A DNA stretch of 54,093 bases. It comes from an uncultured Alphaproteobacteria bacterium. Its GTDB lineage: Bacteria; Pseudomonadota; Alphaproteobacteria; UBA11222. Below are positions 50,034 to 54,093 of the stretch, piece by piece. The stretch covers positions 1 to 54,093 of the forward strand of contig CAMTWQ010000046.1 in assembly GCA_947085465.1 (NCBI GenBank). The letters are read 5' to 3'. Position 1 is the first letter of the stretch. Each line of letters opens with the position of its first letter. The notes below the pieces were generated by a model. It saw only the letters and a program-made list of their open reading frames with translations, had not been told where the DNA came from and searched no databases. Made by a program: the position numbers and the translations under genes.

Positions 50034-50318
50034 AGCGGTATGATTTTAGGTTTGCCCATTGATCCCCTCCCTAACCCTCCCCTTTGCAAGGGGAGGGAAC
50101 ACGAGGATGCCCCTCCCCCTCCCCCTAAACGGGGGAGGGTTGGGGAGGGGGTCGGTGGCGTGATTCAACCTAAAATCATGTTGCTCTAGAGCAACATGTG
50201 ATCAGATTGAACTATAAGGTTCAGCCTGACCGGGAAAGGCTCTAGATTTCAAACTGTTAGAGCAGCTTTCTGCGATTAGCTTGAGCACAAGGTGCAAAAG
50301 CTAATCGCAGGCTGCTCT
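50030..50318. repeat. Chain of element A (50030-50189), an F/B chimeric module (50186-50245) and a D-type module (50258-50318)
   Basis: CTAG at 50030 (parC stop), 50186 and 50242; TAGAGC/GCTCT ends. Confidence 0.9.
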
Positions 50319-50323
50319 GAAAC

Positions 50324-50827
50324 TTACTCCGCTTGCGTCTCGAATTTGGTCTGCCCATCCTTGCCCCAAAACTGGAACACAAGATGATATCTCCCATCCG
50401 GTTGCATCCTTCCGGAATCAAAGGCTAGCTCCATTTTCTCTTCATAGGTCTCGCGCGCCGGAAGGGTGGCCGTCACCACCGCCTGCACGCAGTTCCTATC
50501 GCCCTCGGATTGAATGAATTCTCCATTGGTCGAGGCGATGAACCAGCGGAAAATATTGCACGATGTCGCCGCCTCAAGATTAATCACTTCCTTTGTATTA
50601 TTTATCAGGCGCACCGTGACCTGAACGGGCAGGGCGCTGCCGTTGCCCGGCAGCGTCAGCGTTGACGGCATATCCATTCTAACCGTCACCGGCTCGCTGG
50701 GGCCAAACAGGTTTGATTGCTGCGCCAGATAGCCAAGCGAGATGATAACGCCGATATAAATCAGCGCGCGCACAATCGCTGCGCGCATCGTCTCGTCCAA
50801 TTTGGGCAGGCGCTCAAAAATAGACAT
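50324..50827 (-). CDS. Hypothetical membrane-anchored protein with a beta-rich extracytoplasmic domain
   Basis: One N-terminal TM, alternating beta-strand pattern, Cys pair; directly downstream of dctM. Confidence 0.7.
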   Translation of the reverse strand: MSIFERLPKLDETMRAAIVRALIYIGVIISLGYLAQQSNLFGPSEPVTVRMDMPSTLTLPGNGSALPVQVTVRLINNTKEVINLEAATSCNIFRWFIASTNGEFIQSEGDRNCVQAVVTATLPARETYEEKMELAFDSGRMQPDGRYHLVFQFWGKDGQTKFETQAE

Positions 50828-50836
50828 CTATAAACC

Positions 50837-52414
50837 TCACCGGAACAATACCGTGGGCAGCCAGATGGCAAGCTGTGGAAACAGCGCCACCAGTGACAGC
50901 GCCACAAGCTGTATCAGAACAAACGGGATAATTCCCTTGTATATATGCAGCGTCGTAACCTCGGGCGGCGCCACGCTGCGCAGATAAAACAGCGCAAACC
51001 CGAACGGCGGCGTCAGAAACGAGGTTTGCAGATTAACCCCCATCATCACGCCAAGCCAGATCGGGTTAAGTCCCATGCCCAGCAGCACAGGCGCCACCAG
51101 CGGCACGACGATGAAAATAATTTCGATGAAATCGAGGAAAAACCCCAGCGCGAACATCACCGCCATGACCAAAACCATCGCGCCAAACGCGCCGCCGGGC
51201 ATATCCGATAGCAGGTTTCCCACAGCTTCGTCGCCGCCAAGCCCGCGAAACACCAGGCTGAACAGCGCCGCGCCGATCAGAATGACAAACACCATGGAGC
51301 TGATTTCCATGGTTGAACGCGAAACCTCGCGCAGTGTGCCGTTGCGAAAACAGCGCATCAGGCATATCGCCAGTCCCCAGCCGGTTGCAGCGCACGCAAT
51401 GACCGCCGCGGCCTTGGCCGCCAGATCGGCGAAGGATGGCGCCTCGCGGCCAAACCGCAAATCAAACAGCGCCGCCAGCACGATCACAACGGCCAGGCCA
51501 ATCGCCGCCATATACACCGGCCAAGGCCGTTCGCGTTTAATCCGCCATCCTGCAAGAAATGTCGCGCCAACTGCGCCCAGCGCGGCCGCCTCGGTGGGGG
51601 TTGCAATGCCGCTTAGAATCGAGCCAAGCACCGAAATGATCAAGATCGCAGGCGGCAGCAAGGACCGTCCCAGCATCCGGTACATATCAAACCGGTTCTT
51701 AAAATATGTTTCTTCCGGCGGCAGGGCGGGCGAGGTTTCCGGCCGGAAAATCGCCATGCCGATCTGATACAAAATATACAGTCCGACAAGCATCAAGCCG
51801 GGTATCAGCGCGCCGGCAAACAGATCGCCGACGGATACGGTTTCAGGCGAATAGACGCCCTGGTTCAATTGCGATGTCTGATAGGCGCTTGAAATCACAT
51901 CGCCAAGCAGCACCAGAACGATGGATGGCGGAATGATTTGCCCCAGTGTGCCCGCCGCGCAGATGGTGCCTGCTGTAAGTGCTGGATCATAGCCGCGCTT
52001 TAACATGGTGGGCAGCGATAACAGCCCCATGGTCACCACGGTTGCGCCGACAATGCCGGTTGACGCGGCCAGCAGCGCCCCGACTATGGATACGGAAATG
52101 CCCAGGCCGCCGCGCAATCCGCCAAACAGCTTGCCCATGGATTCGAGCAGATCCTCGGCCACCAGCGAGCGCTCCAGCATCACGCCCATATACACGAACA
52201 GCGGCACCGCCAGCAGCACATCATTGGTCATTACCCCAAAAATGCGCTGGGTAAGAAAGCCAACAAAGGAAAAATCGAATACGCCCAGCAATATGCCAAT
52301 GCCGGCGAACAGCAATGCCGAACCGGCAAGGGTGAACGCCACCGGAAATCCGGCCATCAGAAACCCGCATGCGGCCGCGAACATCAGTACGTCTAGAATT
52401 TCACGAATATCCAT
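50837..52414 (-). CDS. dctM: TRAP transporter large permease
   Basis: LLAVPLF, GTLGQIIPPS, TPTEAA and NLQTSFLTPPFG motifs. Confidence 0.93.
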   Translation of the reverse strand: MDIREILDVLMFAAACGFLMAGFPVAFTLAGSALLFAGIGILLGVFDFSFVGFLTQRIFGVMTNDVLLAVPLFVYMGVMLERSLVAEDLLESMGKLFGGLRGGLGISVSIVGALLAASTGIVGATVVTMGLLSLPTMLKRGYDPALTAGTICAAGTLGQIIPPSIVLVLLGDVISSAYQTSQLNQGVYSPETVSVGDLFAGALIPGLMLVGLYILYQIGMAIFRPETSPALPPEETYFKNRFDMYRMLGRSLLPPAILIISVLGSILSGIATPTEAAALGAVGATFLAGWRIKRERPWPVYMAAIGLAVVIVLAALFDLRFGREAPSFADLAAKAAAVIACAATGWGLAICLMRCFRNGTLREVSRSTMEISSMVFVILIGAALFSLVFRGLGGDEAVGNLLSDMPGGAFGAMVLVMAVMFALGFFLDFIEIIFIVVPLVAPVLLGMGLNPIWLGVMMGVNLQTSFLTPPFGFALFYLRSVAPPEVTTLHIYKGIIPFVLIQLVALSLVALFPQLAIWLPTVLFR

Positions 52415-52418
52415 GCGC

Positions 52419-52922
52419 TCAACGTTGCCTGTGCGTTAGCGTAAGATAGGCGCGTATGGCGCTGGCGATGCCCTGTAGCAGAAGCAGCACGGCAAAAACG
52501 GGGATCAGTGACTTAAGCAGAAAAATACCAGGAATACCGCTGGTTTCCTTCGATCCTTCCAGTACCGCCCAGGATGCGGCGACGTAGGGCTGTGAGAGAA
52601 TCAAAATCAGCACGCAGCAGGGGATGAGAAAAAACATGCTGCCAATAAGATCGACGACCGCCTTGGTGGATGTTTTCGCGGTGCGGTAAAAAATATCCAC
52701 CCGCACATGGCCGTCATTCAGCAACGTATGCCCGGCGCCAAGCATGAATAAAATACTGAACATATAGGTCAGCGATTCTTGCAGCATCAGCGAACTGACG
52801 CCAAAAATATATCGCAAAACAACAACGGCAAATTGGATGGCGACCATGATGGTGGCCAGCCACGCAACAACGCCGCCAATGCGGCGGTTAGTGTTGTCGA
52901 TAAAGTTTAACAGCCAGATCAT
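52419..52922 (-). CDS. dctQ: TRAP transporter small permease
   Basis: 4 TM segments; V.LRY and HVRVD motifs. Confidence 0.92.
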   Translation of the reverse strand: MIWLLNFIDNTNRRIGGVVAWLATIMVAIQFAVVVLRYIFGVSSLMLQESLTYMFSILFMLGAGHTLLNDGHVRVDIFYRTAKTSTKAVVDLIGSMFFLIPCCVLILILSQPYVAASWAVLEGSKETSGIPGIFLLKSLIPVFAVLLLLQGIASAIRAYLTLTHRQR

Positions 52923-52940
52923 GCCGTGCGCGCCAAACTT

Positions 52941-54029
52941 TCACTCATACGCAAAGGGCAGGCGGCGGGCTTCCCAGAAAGTCTCCTCCGACATTTTCGA
53001 CCAGCGCATCGAATCCTTGCGGCTGGAGAGAAAGCTCTCATAGATGCGCAGCGTGATGTCGTCCGTCTTGGCGGTTTCGCGCATGACCTCACCGGAAACG
53101 ATGCCGATTTTTGTCAGGACATCATCGGAAAAACGCCGCAGTTTAACCCCGTGTTTATCGACAAGGGTGGTCAGCGCCGATCCATTATTGGCGTTAAACT
53201 CGGCAAGCGTCATATCGTTTTGCGCCGCTGCCGCCGATTGCACGATGATTTGCTGGCTTTTGCTGAAGCTGTTCCACACATCAAGATTGACGCCAAGCGC
53301 CAGTGACGGTCCCGGCTCGTGAAAGCCGGGCCAGTAATAATATTTGGCGATTTTGTGAAAACCGAACACCATGTCATTCCATGGGCCGACCCATTCGGTG
53401 GCGTCGATCACGCCCTGTTGCAGGCTGGTGTATATTTCGCCGCCAGGAATGCTGACCACCGATGCGCCCATGCGGCGCAGCACTTCACCGCCCAATCCGG
53501 GCATGCGGATTTTAAGCCCCTTGAAATCCTCGACAGTGTTTATTTCCTTGTTAAACCATCCGCCCATCTGCACCCCGGTGTTGCCGCACATAAAGGCTTT
53601 GAGGTTGAACTTGGCGCTGAGCTCATCCCAAAGTTCCTGGCCGCCGCCATAATAAATCCAGGCGTTCTGCTCGTTGGCGGTCAGCCCATAAGGCACGCCG
53701 GAGAAAAAATTGAACGCCGGGCTTTTACCCTGCCAGTAATATTCAGCACCGTGATACATGTCCGCGTTGCCGCTGGCGACCGCATCAAACGCATCGAAGG
53801 CGCCGACCAGTTCGCCCGCCGCATAGACGCGCACGGTGATCTGGCCATCGGTTGCATCGGTGATGCGTTTGGCGACGTGTTCCGCCGCCATGCCAAGGCC
53901 GGGAAGATTTTTCGGCCAGGTGGTGACCAGCTTTAAGGTGCGCTTTTCCTGCGCGATGGCAGGCGCGGCAAGCCCCGACACCGCCGCGCCCGCCGCCACC
54001 CCCGTAATAAAAGCACGCCGACTCGCCAT
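52941..54029 (-). CDS. dctP: TRAP substrate-binding protein (TakP/keto-acid type, Tat signal)
   Basis: SRRAFI..APAIA Tat signal; GNTGVQMGGWF, KIRMPG and DATEWVGP motifs; start ATG 54029. Confidence 0.92.
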   Translation of the reverse strand: MASRRAFITGVAAGAAVSGLAAPAIAQEKRTLKLVTTWPKNLPGLGMAAEHVAKRITDATDGQITVRVYAAGELVGAFDAFDAVASGNADMYHGAEYYWQGKSPAFNFFSGVPYGLTANEQNAWIYYGGGQELWDELSAKFNLKAFMCGNTGVQMGGWFNKEINTVEDFKGLKIRMPGLGGEVLRRMGASVVSIPGGEIYTSLQQGVIDATEWVGPWNDMVFGFHKIAKYYYWPGFHEPGPSLALGVNLDVWNSFSKSQQIIVQSAAAAQNDMTLAEFNANNGSALTTLVDKHGVKLRRFSDDVLTKIGIVSGEVMRETAKTDDITLRIYESFLSSRKDSMRWSKMSEETFWEARRLPFAYE

Positions 54030-54093
54030 ATTTTTGATTCCAATCAGTGATTTGCGCCGATTATAGTGTGACGTGGCCACTACGCAACCCGTG

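Overview
A mostly core-genome window from an alphaproteobacterium. The gene order is classic for this group: gltX/comEC, lexA-moeA-moaC-trpCDG-yibQ-trpE-ppiD, slt/dapA-smpB, udg-NYN/folK-rpoZ-rsh-pdxJ-acpS-lepB-rnc-era-recO-parC, then a TRAP transporter. Accessory blocks are a probable furan-fatty-acid (ufaDOM-like) cluster, an Xre/RES toxin-antitoxin pair and an msrC gene inside the trp region, a low-GC orphan gene beside tRNA-Arg(CCT), an acyl-CoA catabolic cluster with several catalytically atypical enzymes, and a PEP-CTERM gene. The most striking non-coding signal is a set of seven intergenic loci built from (C/T)TAG-delimited palindromic modules, mostly TAGAGC...GCTCTA. They are chained end to end and nested up to four layers deep, recur in inverted copies, and sit exactly on stop codons or an RBS. 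A separate GGGTCAGACTCGAT repeat cluster lies at about 31.8 kb. No transposase, integrase, CRISPR array or rRNA was seen. All calls come from reading the sequence by eye; no searches were run.
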